From: an uncultured bacterium
GTDB lineage: Bacteria; Patescibacteriota; Minisyncoccia; UBA6257; 2-01-FULL-56-20
DNA: 64,000 nucleotides
NCBI GenBank assembly: GCA_963718575.1
Contig: OY970358.1
Coordinates: forward strand, 450,172-514,171
Direction of reading: 5' to 3'
Part shown: piece after piece, positions 1-10,859 of the stretch
Position numbering within the stretch: the stretch's first letter is position 1
How the letters are laid out: every line of letters starts with the position of its first letter
Program-made: the position numbers and the translations under genes
The notes under the pieces: model-generated
What the model was told of the DNA's origin: nothing
The model's database searches: none
What the model saw: the letters and a program-made list of their open reading frames with translations, nothing else

Positions 1-400
1 ACTCTCCCAAATATTTCGAATGTCCATATATATTTGGCGGATTGGGAATATCGCTCTCGGTGTATGCTCCTTTTTTCTCGCCATCAAAAACTCCTGCGGT
101 TGAAACATAGATAAAACGGGCGCCACCCTCCCGGGCCGCAAGTGCGAGATTGTATGTTCCCACCGCGTTGGCCATATAAGCATACGCAGGATCCGCCTCG
201 CACTTACCCATGTCCGTGGCCGCAGCAAGGTGTAAAATCGCCCGGGGCTGAACTTCCTTAAAAACCTTGCGTACAGCTGCTAAATCAGTAATATCGAGCG
301 AATGATGGTCCTTTTTTATCCCAAAATCGGCGTATCCGGCCAACGCTCCACCGGCTCCGGTAATAAGCGTATTTTCCAATATATCATCAGCCATAGCCAT
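1..400 (-). CDS. rfbD: dTDP-4-dehydrorhamnose reductase (RmlD), N-terminal portion; gene runs off the window start
   Basis: Reverse-strand translation from ATG (cat at 398-400) reads MAMADDILENTLITGAGGALAGYADFG...LHLAAATDMGKCEADPAYAYMANAVGTYNLALAAREGGARFIYVSTAGVFDGEKKGAYTESDIPNPPNIYGHSKYLGE. This shows the Rossmann GAGG motif and the YxxxK short-chain reductase motif typical of RmlD. It is absent from the ORF track because there is no stop codon inside the window. Confidence 0.75.
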   Translation of the reverse strand, partial: MAMADDILENTLITGAGGALAGYADFGIKKDHHSLDITDLAAVRKVFKEVQPRAILHLAAATDMGKCEADPAYAYMANAVGTYNLALAAREGGARFIYVSTAGVFDGEKKGAYTESDIPNPPNIYGHSKYLGE

Positions 401-458
401 GATAATACCCCATTTTACAGTTCTTGTTAAAAGCCCTATCATAAGAAGACTTGAGATT

Positions 459-1233
459 ATGGAAGAGTCATTCATCGGAAAATCGGCGCGCATTATACAA
501 CAACAAGGGGTGGGGGTGTTTATAAAGAAAGGGTGGCACGCCTTTTTGCGCCAGCTCGAACCGTTCCGCATCGTTTTCTATCCTTATGCGCGGTGGGACC
601 TCCCCCGACAGACTGAAAAGTCCTATACCGCAGAGACTGCAATTGATTTTGTAAATAAAAAATATGGGGGCTATATAAGGCCTTCTCAGGTTAGGTGGGA
701 GATTGTCAGCCTTGCAAAACTCGTGGAAGATATGCACCCGAAAAATATCCTCGAGATCGGCACATCAAGGGGCGGCACATTATTCGTTCTGGTCGCGCCT
801 CGCCGCAAAAGATGCACACATCATAAGCATCGATATGCCGGGGGGCGAGAATAATTGGGCGTTCCCGCGTTGGAAAGAACCTTTCTATAAAACCTTTGCA
901 TCAAAAGGGCAACATATTGACTTCCTCCGTGGTGATTCCCATGGCGAAGAGATGGTGATCCTGTTTAAAACGGCGATCGGTGACGAAAAGCTAGATTTTC
1001 TTTTTATTGATGGCGATCATTCCTATGAGGGGGTCAGGAACGATTATGTAATGTATTCACCATTTGTGCGGCCGGGCGGAATTATCGCTTTTCATGACGT
1101 GGCACTCCACCCCCCAGTCACCGGATCTGAGGTCCATGTTTTTTGGAATGAATTAAAACAGGGGAAAACCTATCGGGAATTCATCGAGCGTGGGGATCAG
1201 GGATGGGGTGGCATCGGGATAATTTTTGTTTAA
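459..1233 (+). CDS. Class I SAM-dependent methyltransferase (CmcI/cephalosporin-hydroxylase-like fold), split by a single frameshift near 795-805
   Basis: Frame of ORF 399..854 carries the N-terminal part with SAM motif I (NILEIGTSRGGTLFVL). Frame of ORF 703..1233 carries motif II (AKDAHIISIDM) and the C-terminal part (LDFLFIDGDHSYEGVRNDY...GGIIAFHD). The two frames overlap and would join by a 1-nt indel. Start at 459 (MEESF) or 399 is uncertain. Confidence 0.55.
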
Positions 1234-1238
1234 AGGGA

Positions 1239-1267
1239 TTGACATAAACGGTTCGAGATAGTATGTT
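1239..1267 (+). promoter_or_regulatory. Sigma70-like promoter candidate (TTGACA -17- TATGTT) upstream of the small ORF at 1306
   Basis: Perfect -35 TTGACA at 1239-1244, 17-nt spacer, TATGTT at 1262-1267. A hairpin tcccgc-caa-gcggga (1281-1295) sits immediately before a GGAGG Shine-Dalgarno. Confidence 0.4.
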
Positions 1268-1305
1268 CTATTCAGTGACCTCCCGCCAAGCGGGAAGGAG
1301 GATCT

Positions 1306-1536
1306 ATGGAGAGAAATATTGTTGATCTCGCTGTAGTGAGGGAATGGTTTACATCCGCGAAGGCAGGCGACAGTCAGGAATTCCATTTCAACGAAGAAAT
1401 TTCCCAGGAAGTGGCATCCAAATTCGCTCTCGCCATCAACACTGAGGGAGCCCCCAGGAATATTTGGATCACGGTCATAGAAACTTTCCCCAAGCCAAAC
1501 CCCAGAACAAGACTCCAGGCAAGATGTTCTCATTAA
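1306..1536 (+). CDS. Hypothetical small protein (76 aa)
   Basis: ORF preceded by strong RBS GGAAGGAGGATCT-ATG. No recognisable motif. Confidence 0.4.
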   Translation: MERNIVDLAVVREWFTSAKAGDSQEFHFNEEISQEVASKFALAINTEGAPRNIWITVIETFPKPNPRTRLQARCSH

Positions 1537-1592
1537 CACTGCCGAAATATCAATAAAGCGCTGAGCCTCCCCATCCCGAGATCCAGCGCTTT

Positions 1593-2321
1593 TTATTTAT
1601 TTTGCCCACGCTTTTCCGCCGCCCATCCTGCGGTTCTATATAAGGAATCGAATGTCCCAGCATCCGACCAATACCCCCCCACCTCGTCGTAATATAATTT
1701 ATTCTCCTGAATATACATATTGTGTACGTCGGTGATTTCAAGCTCATTCCTTGACGAAGGCGCCAATCTTCCGATTTTCTCGAACACCGTCGAATCGTAA
1801 ATATAAAAACCGACGGTCGCAAGATCCGATTTTGGCTCCTTGGGCTTCTCGATAATATTCTTTATCTTTCCGTTCAATACTTCGGCGACGCCAAAACGCC
1901 ACGGATCAGGAACCTTCTTTAGAAAGACCATTGCACCGCCGGTAGTATTGGCTTCAAACCCCGAAATACTCCCTGAAAAATCGTTCTCAAAGATATTGTC
2001 GCCGAGGATTACCGCAACCTTATCGCCGTTCACAAACTCTTTTGCAAGGTTCAGCGCATCGGCGATGCCACCGGATCCGTGCTGTAGGGCGTATGAAAGT
2101 TTTACTCCATACTCCTTTCCTGAACCCAAAAAATTCATAAAGTGTCCCCCGTGCTCCTTCCCGCATACGATCATAATCTGATCGATCCCCGAGCGCTTCA
2201 GGGTATCGAGCGGATATAAGATCATCGGCTTATCATATATGGGTAAAAGGTGCTTATTCGTAATGAGCGTAAGCGGTGCCAAACGCGTACCCAACCCCCC
2301 AGCCAAAATTACACCTTTCAT
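1593..2321 (-). CDS. rfbA: Glucose-1-phosphate thymidylyltransferase (RmlA, short form)
   Basis: MKGVILAGGLGTRLAPLT...LPIYDKPMI: canonical nucleotidyltransferase signature G(G)xGTRLxP. 242 aa. Confidence 0.9.
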   Translation of the reverse strand: MKGVILAGGLGTRLAPLTLITNKHLLPIYDKPMILYPLDTLKRSGIDQIMIVCGKEHGGHFMNFLGSGKEYGVKLSYALQHGSGGIADALNLAKEFVNGDKVAVILGDNIFENDFSGSISGFEANTTGGAMVFLKKVPDPWRFGVAEVLNGKIKNIIEKPKEPKSDLATVGFYIYDSTVFEKIGRLAPSSRNELEITDVHNMYIQENKLYYDEVGGYWSDAGTFDSLYRTAGWAAEKRGQNK

Positions 2322-2327
2322 AAGAAT

Positions 2328-3362
2328 CTATTTTATCTTGTGCCCCTTCCAAAGGTCAATATGCGGATTGAAAACGCCGGTTCTCTCCCTCACCCGCTTG
2401 ATCCATCGTGGATTTTTCACGTACCAGGTGATCGTTTCGTCGAGAGCGGAAATAAAAGAATATTTCGGACGCCATCCCAGTTCCCGCCGTATCTTCGACG
2501 CATCGATGGCATAGCGAAGATCATGGCCTGGACGGTCCGCCACGAAAACGATCCTGCTCCCACTCTCTTTGAATCGGGCGATGATCCGTTCTGCAATCTC
2601 GAGGTTGGTTCTCTCGTTATCGGCGCCGATATTATAAACCTCGCCGGGTTTTCCTTTGAGCAATATAAGTCGCAACGCTTCGCAATGATCGAGAACATGC
2701 AACCAATCGCGGACATTCCTGCCATTCCCGTAGAGCGGTAATGGTTTTCCCTCAATGGCCTGCGTGATAAAAAACGGGATTAACTTTTCCGGATACTGGT
2801 ATGGACCGTAATTATTTGAGGCGTGCGTGACGGTGACGGGAACCTTGAAGGTCTGAAAATAGGCGCGGCACAACATATCCCCTCCCGCTTTGGTCGCCGA
2901 ATACGGGATGTTTGGAGCGAACGGGGTCTCCTCGGTAAACAACTTTTTTGATGTTAACGGAAGGCTTCCATAGACCTCATCAGTTGATACCTGTAGATAG
3001 TTTTTAATATAGGAATTCGCCTTTACGAGTTCCAAAAAATTAAAAACACCCATGACATTCGTATCGATAAACTCCTTAGCTCCGACATGGATACTCCTAT
3101 CAACGTGCGTTTCCGCGGCAAAATTAATGATAAAATCTGGCTTGAACTTATTTACCGTGAGCGTGAGCTTTTTGTTATTGGTAATATCCCCCCGAACAAA
3201 AAGGTAATTTTTTTTCTTTTCGAGGCCGCGAAGATTATCCAAGTTTCCCGAATAGGTCAATTTGTCATAATTCAGGATCTTTATCTTCGGATCAGCCAGA
3301 AGAAGATGCCTGATAAAGTTCGACCCGATGAAACCTGCCCCGCCTGCGACGAATATTTTCAT
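2328..3362 (-). CDS. rfbB: dTDP-glucose 4,6-dehydratase (RmlB)
   Basis: MKIFVAGGAGFIGSNFIRHLL...YDKLTYSGNL, TDEVYG, YSATKAG: extended SDR dehydratase motifs. The ORF track extends the start to 3419, but MKIFV at 3362 fits the family N-terminus and avoids a 16-nt overlap with the upstream gene. Confidence 0.9.
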   Translation of the reverse strand: MKIFVAGGAGFIGSNFIRHLLLADPKIKILNYDKLTYSGNLDNLRGLEKKKNYLFVRGDITNNKKLTLTVNKFKPDFIINFAAETHVDRSIHVGAKEFIDTNVMGVFNFLELVKANSYIKNYLQVSTDEVYGSLPLTSKKLFTEETPFAPNIPYSATKAGGDMLCRAYFQTFKVPVTVTHASNNYGPYQYPEKLIPFFITQAIEGKPLPLYGNGRNVRDWLHVLDHCEALRLILLKGKPGEVYNIGADNERTNLEIAERIIARFKESGSRIVFVADRPGHDLRYAIDASKIRRELGWRPKYSFISALDETITWYVKNPRWIKRVRERTGVFNPHIDLWKGHKIK

Positions 3363-3403
3363 ACCATGTGAGTATAGCGCACTTACAGAAGTAGTGGAAT
3401 AGC

Positions 3404-4300
3404 TTATATCCGCTTCCACCCGGAGGGAATTATATCATCCTCGCCCGGGCGTCCTCCCATATGCCATATTGCCGGGGCGATCACAATTTTTTCGGGATTC
3501 CGGTTAAGCCATGCTCCCCACCACGAAAAAGTGCTATTTGCGATGATATTATGCTTACAGAGCGACATAAGCTGTAGGTGGTAATTTGCTTTCGGCCCTT
3601 CCGAGTTGCGTTCCATATATTCTGTTGAAAATGCAGGTTTGATATGTTCCTTACACCACGCAATATCATCAGAAAATATGTAGAATTTCGGATCCTTTAC
3701 CTTGTCAGCAATGTTCTTGATTGCGGTTTCATAATAAGAAAGATTGGTCTTTCCGTAGGTCTTTTTATATTTTGCTGTTATGTAATCTGCTCGACGGACG
3801 TGAAGTGCGATGGCGTTGCTGTTTTTTATATCCTCCGCGATTGCGGCAGCCTCTCCTTTAAGCGGATATCTGAAGCGAAATGCCTGAAGCAGCTCATCCT
3901 TTATCCCCTCAAAATATTTCGGCGTCTGCCAAAACCCCCAAAGAAAAAGTTCTTTCTTGCCGCTTACCACTTCGGGATTAAAAATAAAATTTCTCTTTTC
4001 TCTTAGAACCTTCCGTCCGCCAAGCGCACCTCTTAATGTCGCGATAGTAAGATCTATACCAAGCCACACTCCCGGTATAGGAAGGGATTTGGAGATCCTC
4101 GAGAGGGGGGTCATGGCAGGTTGAAGGCAAAAGATATCCAAGTCGTAGGTGCGCGGACTAAAGGCGGGACGCGGAAAACGATCATTCAGATATACAGTAT
4201 CCAAGACCAGCGCCACACCGCCTGCGCGAGCGGCTGCCAGTCCCGCCGCATACTGAAACATCTGATTACCCAATCCGCCACGCAAAGCCACAACAACCAT
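3404..4300 (-). CDS. Alpha-1,2-fucosyltransferase, glycosyltransferase family 11
   Basis: N-terminal GGLGNQMFQYAAG motif, diagnostic of GT11 fucosyltransferases. 298 aa. Confidence 0.85.
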   Translation of the reverse strand: MVVVALRGGLGNQMFQYAAGLAAARAGGVALVLDTVYLNDRFPRPAFSPRTYDLDIFCLQPAMTPLSRISKSLPIPGVWLGIDLTIATLRGALGGRKVLREKRNFIFNPEVVSGKKELFLWGFWQTPKYFEGIKDELLQAFRFRYPLKGEAAAIAEDIKNSNAIALHVRRADYITAKYKKTYGKTNLSYYETAIKNIADKVKDPKFYIFSDDIAWCKEHIKPAFSTEYMERNSEGPKANYHLQLMSLCKHNIIANSTFSWWGAWLNRNPEKIVIAPAIWHMGGRPGEDDIIPSGWKRI

Positions 4301-4302
4301 TG

Positions 4303-6232
<1,930 letters not shown>

Positions 6233-6271
6233 CATATTATCACTTACTGTGTGCTGTCCCCTCGGCACCTC

Positions 6272-6913
6272 TTACTTTTTCGCCGCCGTGCTTGAAGCCA
6301 AGTACATCGCCATGGCCTGCTGGATGGTCGTATCCGTCGGCCAATTCCTCAAAATAGTAGTGCCGACTGCGATCGTATCCGTCGTATCACCCTCGGCGCG
6401 ATAGACATCAAAGAGACCGTAGAGCGATTGCGGGCGGTTGGGGCCGAGCGCGACGCCTTCCTGATACCAATGCTGCGCGGCCGCCAAGTACGTCGGATCA
6501 CCGGTGCCGGCAAACGCGATCTCGTTGATCGCTCCCTCAAGATACAGATCCTGACCAAAGCTCATACCCTTTCCCTGGTTGAGAATCGGATCGTAGTAGC
6601 TATTCAAGAAACCAATGAGCGCGGCAGTGGAGCTCGGATTGCCTCCCTGTTGCACGAACGAGAGCACGCTGTTTGCCATATTACGCACGAGCTCCTCCTG
6701 CCCGATCGGCGAAGGATAGTTGAGCGGCACCGAAAGCTTATTCTCAAGATCCTGCAACGACGTCGCCTGACCCTGCGGAGTCTGGAGGCCCTGCAAGGTT
6801 GCGATGAACATCTGCGCTTTTCGCATCGGCAGGTACGAACCGTAAATGGCGATGCCGAAGATAGCCGCTACGATGATAATTGCTATAACTCTCTGATACG
6901 TTCGATCTTCCAT
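6272..6913 (-). CDS. Hypothetical membrane-anchored protein (N-terminal TM helix, extracytoplasmic domain)
   Basis: Single N-terminal hydrophobic helix VIAIIIVAAIFGIAIYG. No catalytic motif. Sits inside the glycan gene cluster. Confidence 0.5.
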   Translation of the reverse strand: MEDRTYQRVIAIIIVAAIFGIAIYGSYLPMRKAQMFIATLQGLQTPQGQATSLQDLENKLSVPLNYPSPIGQEELVRNMANSVLSFVQQGGNPSSTAALIGFLNSYYDPILNQGKGMSFGQDLYLEGAINEIAFAGTGDPTYLAAAQHWYQEGVALGPNRPQSLYGLFDVYRAEGDTTDTIAVGTTILRNWPTDTTIQQAMAMYLASSTAAKK

Positions 6914-6924
6914 GGGTGTAATGG

Positions 6925-8376
6925 TTATGCTTGAGCTTTTTTATGTACGGAGAAATAGTACGCCGCGAACGCGAGGAAGCTGAACAGGCTTATATACATC
7001 GGGAACACGTCGAAGATCGCAACCCCTTGCACAAGGTAGGCGATAGGAACGGCCAGGATGAGCCCTTTTTGTAATTGGGAAGTCGCGTGCTTGTTCGCTT
7101 TCTTGAAAAACTCCCAATAGAACATAAAGAATATTCCGAGATAGCTAAGAAGTCCGAGCGCGCCCGTCTCTGAAAGATAATCAAAGAACACGCTATGCGC
7201 CCGATCGAACCAGGTTTCGTTGTTTTGCCCAGGAACATAAAAGTTGGGATTAAAGAATTTGTCGAATACTGGCGTAAAGTTTTCCGGACCCCAGCCGAGC
7301 ACCGGCCGTTCCAAAAATCCTTGCCATGCTTCTCCCCAGACCCAGAAACGGGTTTGCGCCGTTGTATCTGAAAAACTGATCTGAAGCAATCTTCCTTCTG
7401 GAAGGTTTTGTACCGTGGGACTATTCCTGACCGCGTAGAGGCTAAGCCCGAGAACAACCAAAATGCCAAGAGTAATCGCACCCCATTTCCGTACGGAACC
7501 CCTACTAGAGAAGATCATGTACAAAACCAATACAAACACTCCTGCAATGAGCCCCAAGAATGCGCCGCGCGTCTGGCCAAGAATAAAGAAAACGAACAAT
7601 ACTGCAAGAAAAACACCATACCCCCATGACTTCAGTGCAGTAAGCTTGCTTTCGAGCTTGCTTGAAAGCCAAAGATACGCGACAAAGAACATTGAGAATA
7701 TGAGATAAGGATCTACATACGCAGGATTTCCGAGAGACCCCTCGAAGCGTCCTTGGATGAGGATATTCCACCAGCCGGTCGGGGCAGCGCTGCCCGCGTA
7801 CGGGCCAATGAAGCCCGGCACGGAATAATTCCCAGCAAGGCCGTAAAGAATCATACCCGCCGCCGAGATCAGCGAGAACCGGAAGAGATTCTTCCAATCC
7901 TTCTCATCATTAAAAATCAGCACGAGGAGCAGGAAAAATAAATAGTAGTGAAGCATCTGGAAACCGCCTTCGCCGCGCTCATAGTTTGACCAGAATGCCG
8001 CGTGAAAATCGTAGGCAAATATGCACGCAAGCTCAAATATCGCCGCAAACACGCTCACTGCGATCACGAGTGGCTTATGGAAAAGCGAAGAAATACGCTT
8101 CTTCGCATCGCCTTTCTTCGCTTCGAACGCCCACCAAAGCACCATGCACGCGAGCGCAAGTTCGGTAGTAAACCTAAAGAAAAAATCCTTTCCTCCGATA
8201 AAAGGGAAAAAGATGGAGTTCATCACGATAAGAACGGAAAAAACAGAAATATAGAGATACCATTTGGCGATACGCTCGAACGAGAATTTCATCAGCTTGC
8301 CAATGACTCCTACGAGTAAAAGTCCTGCGATGACGGCTGCGCTAACGGGATGGCTAAAAATGGTATCGGTAATCAT
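6925..8376 (-). CDS. O-antigen ligase/polymerase-like polytopic membrane protein (Wzy/WaaL family)
   Basis: 483 aa with about 10-12 predicted TM helices and a large periplasmic loop. Lies beside the nucleotide-sugar and fucosyltransferase genes. Family assignment is by architecture and context. Confidence 0.55.
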   Translation of the reverse strand: MITDTIFSHPVSAAVIAGLLLVGVIGKLMKFSFERIAKWYLYISVFSVLIVMNSIFFPFIGGKDFFFRFTTELALACMVLWWAFEAKKGDAKKRISSLFHKPLVIAVSVFAAIFELACIFAYDFHAAFWSNYERGEGGFQMLHYYLFFLLLVLIFNDEKDWKNLFRFSLISAAGMILYGLAGNYSVPGFIGPYAGSAAPTGWWNILIQGRFEGSLGNPAYVDPYLIFSMFFVAYLWLSSKLESKLTALKSWGYGVFLAVLFVFFILGQTRGAFLGLIAGVFVLVLYMIFSSRGSVRKWGAITLGILVVLGLSLYAVRNSPTVQNLPEGRLLQISFSDTTAQTRFWVWGEAWQGFLERPVLGWGPENFTPVFDKFFNPNFYVPGQNNETWFDRAHSVFFDYLSETGALGLLSYLGIFFMFYWEFFKKANKHATSQLQKGLILAVPIAYLVQGVAIFDVFPMYISLFSFLAFAAYYFSVHKKAQA

Positions 8377-8428
8377 ATGGGTTTTATTGTATCACAATCA
8401 GATTTTTTTGGTATGCGCATAGGGGCTA

Positions 8429-9925
8429 CTATCGGGCGTATTCCACCGCGCGCATCTCGCGGATCACATTTACTTTGATCTCACCAGGATATTTTAACTC
8501 TGATTGTATTTTATTTGCAATCTCCCGCGCAAGCTCAAGCGCGCGGAAGTCATCCACTTTTTCAGGGGTGACGAAGACGCGGAGTTCGCGGCCGGCGGCA
8601 ATCGCATAGGCGCTTTTTACGCCACTGAACTCGCCCGCGATTTTTTCAAGGTCGGCGAGGCGCTTTACGTAATTTTCAAGCGTACCGCGACGGGCGCCCG
8701 GGCGTGCCGCCGAGAGCACATCGGCGGCGGTCACCACATATGCTTCGGGCCGTGCGTACGGATAATCGTCGTGATGCGACTGCATTGCCTCGACGACCCG
8801 CTCATCTATATTATATTTGCGGAGCAGCTTCATGCCGAGCTCCACGTGCGTCCCCTCCACTTCGTGATCGATCGCTTTGCCGATGTCGTGAAGCAATGCA
8901 CCCTTCTTTGCCACTTCGGCGTTCAAGCCAAGCTCTCGCGCCATCATCTCGGCGATGTATGCCATCTCGGTCGAGTGCACCAGCACGTTCTGGCCGTAGC
9001 TCGTACGGAAGTGCAGGCGGCCGATCATCTGTAAAAGCTCCTTCGGAAGATCGAATACGCCAAGATCCTGCGCGGCGGCTTCGCCGATCTCCTGGGTGCG
9101 TTTCTGAAGGTCGGCCTTCGCCGTCTCCACGCTCTCTTCGATCTTCGCCGGCTGGATACGGCCGTCCTTCACGAGCCGTTCAAGCGCAAGGCGCGCCACT
9201 TCGCGGCGGAACGGGTCGAATGAGGAAATAATGATGCCGTCCGGTGCCTCGTCTATAATAAACTCCACGCCAGTGGCGCGCTCAAGCGCACGGATATTGC
9301 GACCCTCGCGGCCGATAATCTTGCCTTTCAACTCTTCGTCTTCCAAGTGAAAGATCGTCGTCGTCATTTCCGCAACATGCGAGCGCGCATAGCGTTGGAG
9401 TGCGATCGTGATGATGTCATTGGCCCGCTTCTCCACTTCTTCGCGATTCTCGCGATCGATCTTCTGGATCGATTGCGCAAGGTCATTTGAACGGTCCTCC
9501 TTTGCGCGGCGGAGGATCTCCTCTTTTGCCTCGGCGACAGAAAGGCTCCCTATCTTTTCAATGCGCGACTCGATTTCGTTCTCTTTTTTGGAAACCGTCT
9601 CTTCTTTTGCCTTTGCCGCGTCTTCGCGCGCGCGAAGCCTCGCCTCTTCTGAGGAAAGGTCGGTCAGTTTTTTATCCAGCGTCTCCTCGCGATGCAGCAC
9701 CCGCGCCTCAAGTGCATCGATCTCCTTGCGACGATCCTTCTCTTCGTTCTTTAACTCGACCAAAAGCGAGGCAGACTTCTCCTTTGCCTCTAAAATGATT
9801 TCTTTTGCTTTCGTCTCCGCTTCGGCGAGCTTATTTGCCCCCGAGTATCTGCGCGTGAGATATCCCACGGCTCCCCCGATCACCAAAAACACCACTGCGC
9901 TGAGCGCTATATAGGTTATTTCCAT
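8429..9925 (-). CDS. rny: Ribonuclease Y
   Basis: N-terminal TM helix, long coiled-coil (KEKSASLLVELKNEEKDRRKE...), KH domain (IIGREGRNIRALE) and HD domain (LLHDIGKAIDHEVEGTHVELG). 498 aa. Confidence 0.9.
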   Translation of the reverse strand: MEITYIALSAVVFLVIGGAVGYLTRRYSGANKLAEAETKAKEIILEAKEKSASLLVELKNEEKDRRKEIDALEARVLHREETLDKKLTDLSSEEARLRAREDAAKAKEETVSKKENEIESRIEKIGSLSVAEAKEEILRRAKEDRSNDLAQSIQKIDRENREEVEKRANDIITIALQRYARSHVAEMTTTIFHLEDEELKGKIIGREGRNIRALERATGVEFIIDEAPDGIIISSFDPFRREVARLALERLVKDGRIQPAKIEESVETAKADLQKRTQEIGEAAAQDLGVFDLPKELLQMIGRLHFRTSYGQNVLVHSTEMAYIAEMMARELGLNAEVAKKGALLHDIGKAIDHEVEGTHVELGMKLLRKYNIDERVVEAMQSHHDDYPYARPEAYVVTAADVLSAARPGARRGTLENYVKRLADLEKIAGEFSGVKSAYAIAAGRELRVFVTPEKVDDFRALELAREIANKIQSELKYPGEIKVNVIREMRAVEYAR

Positions 9926-10182
9926 AATAATTGTTAGTTCCCGAAAGTTTCATTGGTTGATTTAATGACTCTTTAATCGTCTTTATGATAGCGCAAAACA
10001 GGCGCTTTGGTCAAGGAAAAACGTGCGACGAGTTTAGATAGTTTTAATGCACTATTTTATAAACTCTCTGCGGGGGTGGCATAGTGCTGAATCTGGACTG
10101 ATAACCGAGATTCACGGGGCGCAAGTCTCCGCACCCCCGCATAAAAATGACAAATGGATATTAAATAAAGATTAAAAACTTT

Positions 10183-10210
10183 TTGACAGACTTTTCTGAA
10201 CTGTTATTAT
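10183..10210 (+). promoter_or_regulatory. Near-consensus sigma70 promoter (TTGACA -16- TATTAT)
   Basis: TTGACA 10183-10188, TATTAT 10205-10210. No protein ORF downstream before the terminator at 10258-10285. Confidence 0.5.
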
Positions 10211-10216
10211 AGTTAA

Positions 10217-10285
10217 GGTTGTCAGTCCAGATCATTCAGCGTTATGTTTGAATCGCAAAGAACCCGGCAACGGGTTTTTTGTTTT
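10217..10285 (+). ncRNA. Candidate small RNA (~70 nt) between a consensus promoter and an intrinsic terminator
   Basis: Predicted transcript gttgtcagtccagatcattcagcg... ends in hairpin aacccg-gcaa-cgggtt plus TTTTTTGTTTT. Segment 10222-10241 is complementary to 10093-10108 on the same strand. An upstream hairpin gcgggggtg/cacccccgc (10071-10143) suggests a longer structured region 10060-10285. Confidence 0.35.
10258..10285 (+). terminator. Rho-independent terminator (possibly bidirectional; A-tract upstream, T-tract downstream)
   Basis: aacccggcaacggg tttttt gtttt. Also lies 3' of the minus-strand ORF 10302..10619. Confidence 0.6.
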
Positions 10286-10301
10286 CTGGACGAGACTCGA
10301 A

Positions 10302-10619
10302 CTACTTTAGCTCTTCGTGATGAGATTTAGACTTTATGAAGTCAATCGTCATAAACCATACGAAGCCAACAATATTGAAAAGCGCGATAAATACGGCCAC
10401 ATCAAAAATTAAAGTCAGGGAACCAGGAATACACGATGCCCTATATACGAGATCCGAACAGGGATATCCTGGCGTGCATGATGGACTTGCTTCGCAGTAT
10501 TGTAAGAATGAAGAATTAGCGACATACGGCAAACTTGCACCCCAATAACCTATTGCCCCAATGACTAAGAGAGCTCCTTCAACCCATAGAAAACGCTTCC
10601 ATGAATGCCATACTTTCAT
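10302..10619 (-). CDS. Hypothetical small Cys-rich membrane protein
   Basis: 105 aa, two hydrophobic segments, AT-rich codon usage unlike its neighbours. Confidence 0.4.
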   Translation of the reverse strand: MKVWHSWKRFLWVEGALLVIGAIGYWGASLPYVANSSFLQYCEASPSCTPGYPCSDLVYRASCIPGSLTLIFDVAVFIALFNIVGFVWFMTIDFIKSKSHHEELK

Positions 10620-10712
10620 AAGTAGACTATAACATAATTAATCTTGTGCTCAGGACAGAATTTGGATTGATAAAAAGATTCCTTGCCCTCGTTTTTTAAA
10701 GAATACCCGGAG

Positions 10713-10833
10713 TTTGGCATAGCCATGCATCGTTTTGAAAGGTGTCTCGGAAGCGCGAAGGCGCTGAGAGCCAAGGCAGCTGGTCAGCAGACCAGAACGC
10801 CGTCCTTTCAAAACGATGCATGGCTATGCCAAA
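10713..10833. repeat. Hairpin element E1: perfect 30-bp inverted repeat (10713-10742 / 10804-10833) around a 61-nt loop carrying the motif TCTCGGAAGCGCGAAGGCGCTGAGAG
   Basis: Arms tttggcatagccatgcatcgttttgaaagg / cctttcaaaacgatgcatggctatgccaaa are exact reverse complements. The loop holds sub-hairpins gcgc-GAAG-gcgc and ctggtc-AGCA-gaccag. Located 27 nt upstream of gpmI. Confidence 0.8.
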
Positions 10834-10859
10834 CGCATCGTTTCATCTAAAATAAAGCA

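Noticed and set aside
399-854. ORF 399..854 as an independent gene
   Set aside because: It is the N-terminal frame of the frameshifted methyltransferase, and its first codons overlap the rmlD start on the opposite strand
10743-10803. E1 loop contains AGCCAAGGCAG, an exact 11-mer match to E. coli 4.5S/SRP RNA domain IV; considered calling E1 the SRP RNA (ffs)
   Set aside because: Three related elements (E1-E3) occur in the window whereas ffs is single-copy. The perfect 30-38-bp outer stems are unlike SRP RNA helices, and the conserved GGAA/GNRA tetraloop context of helix 8 is not reproduced
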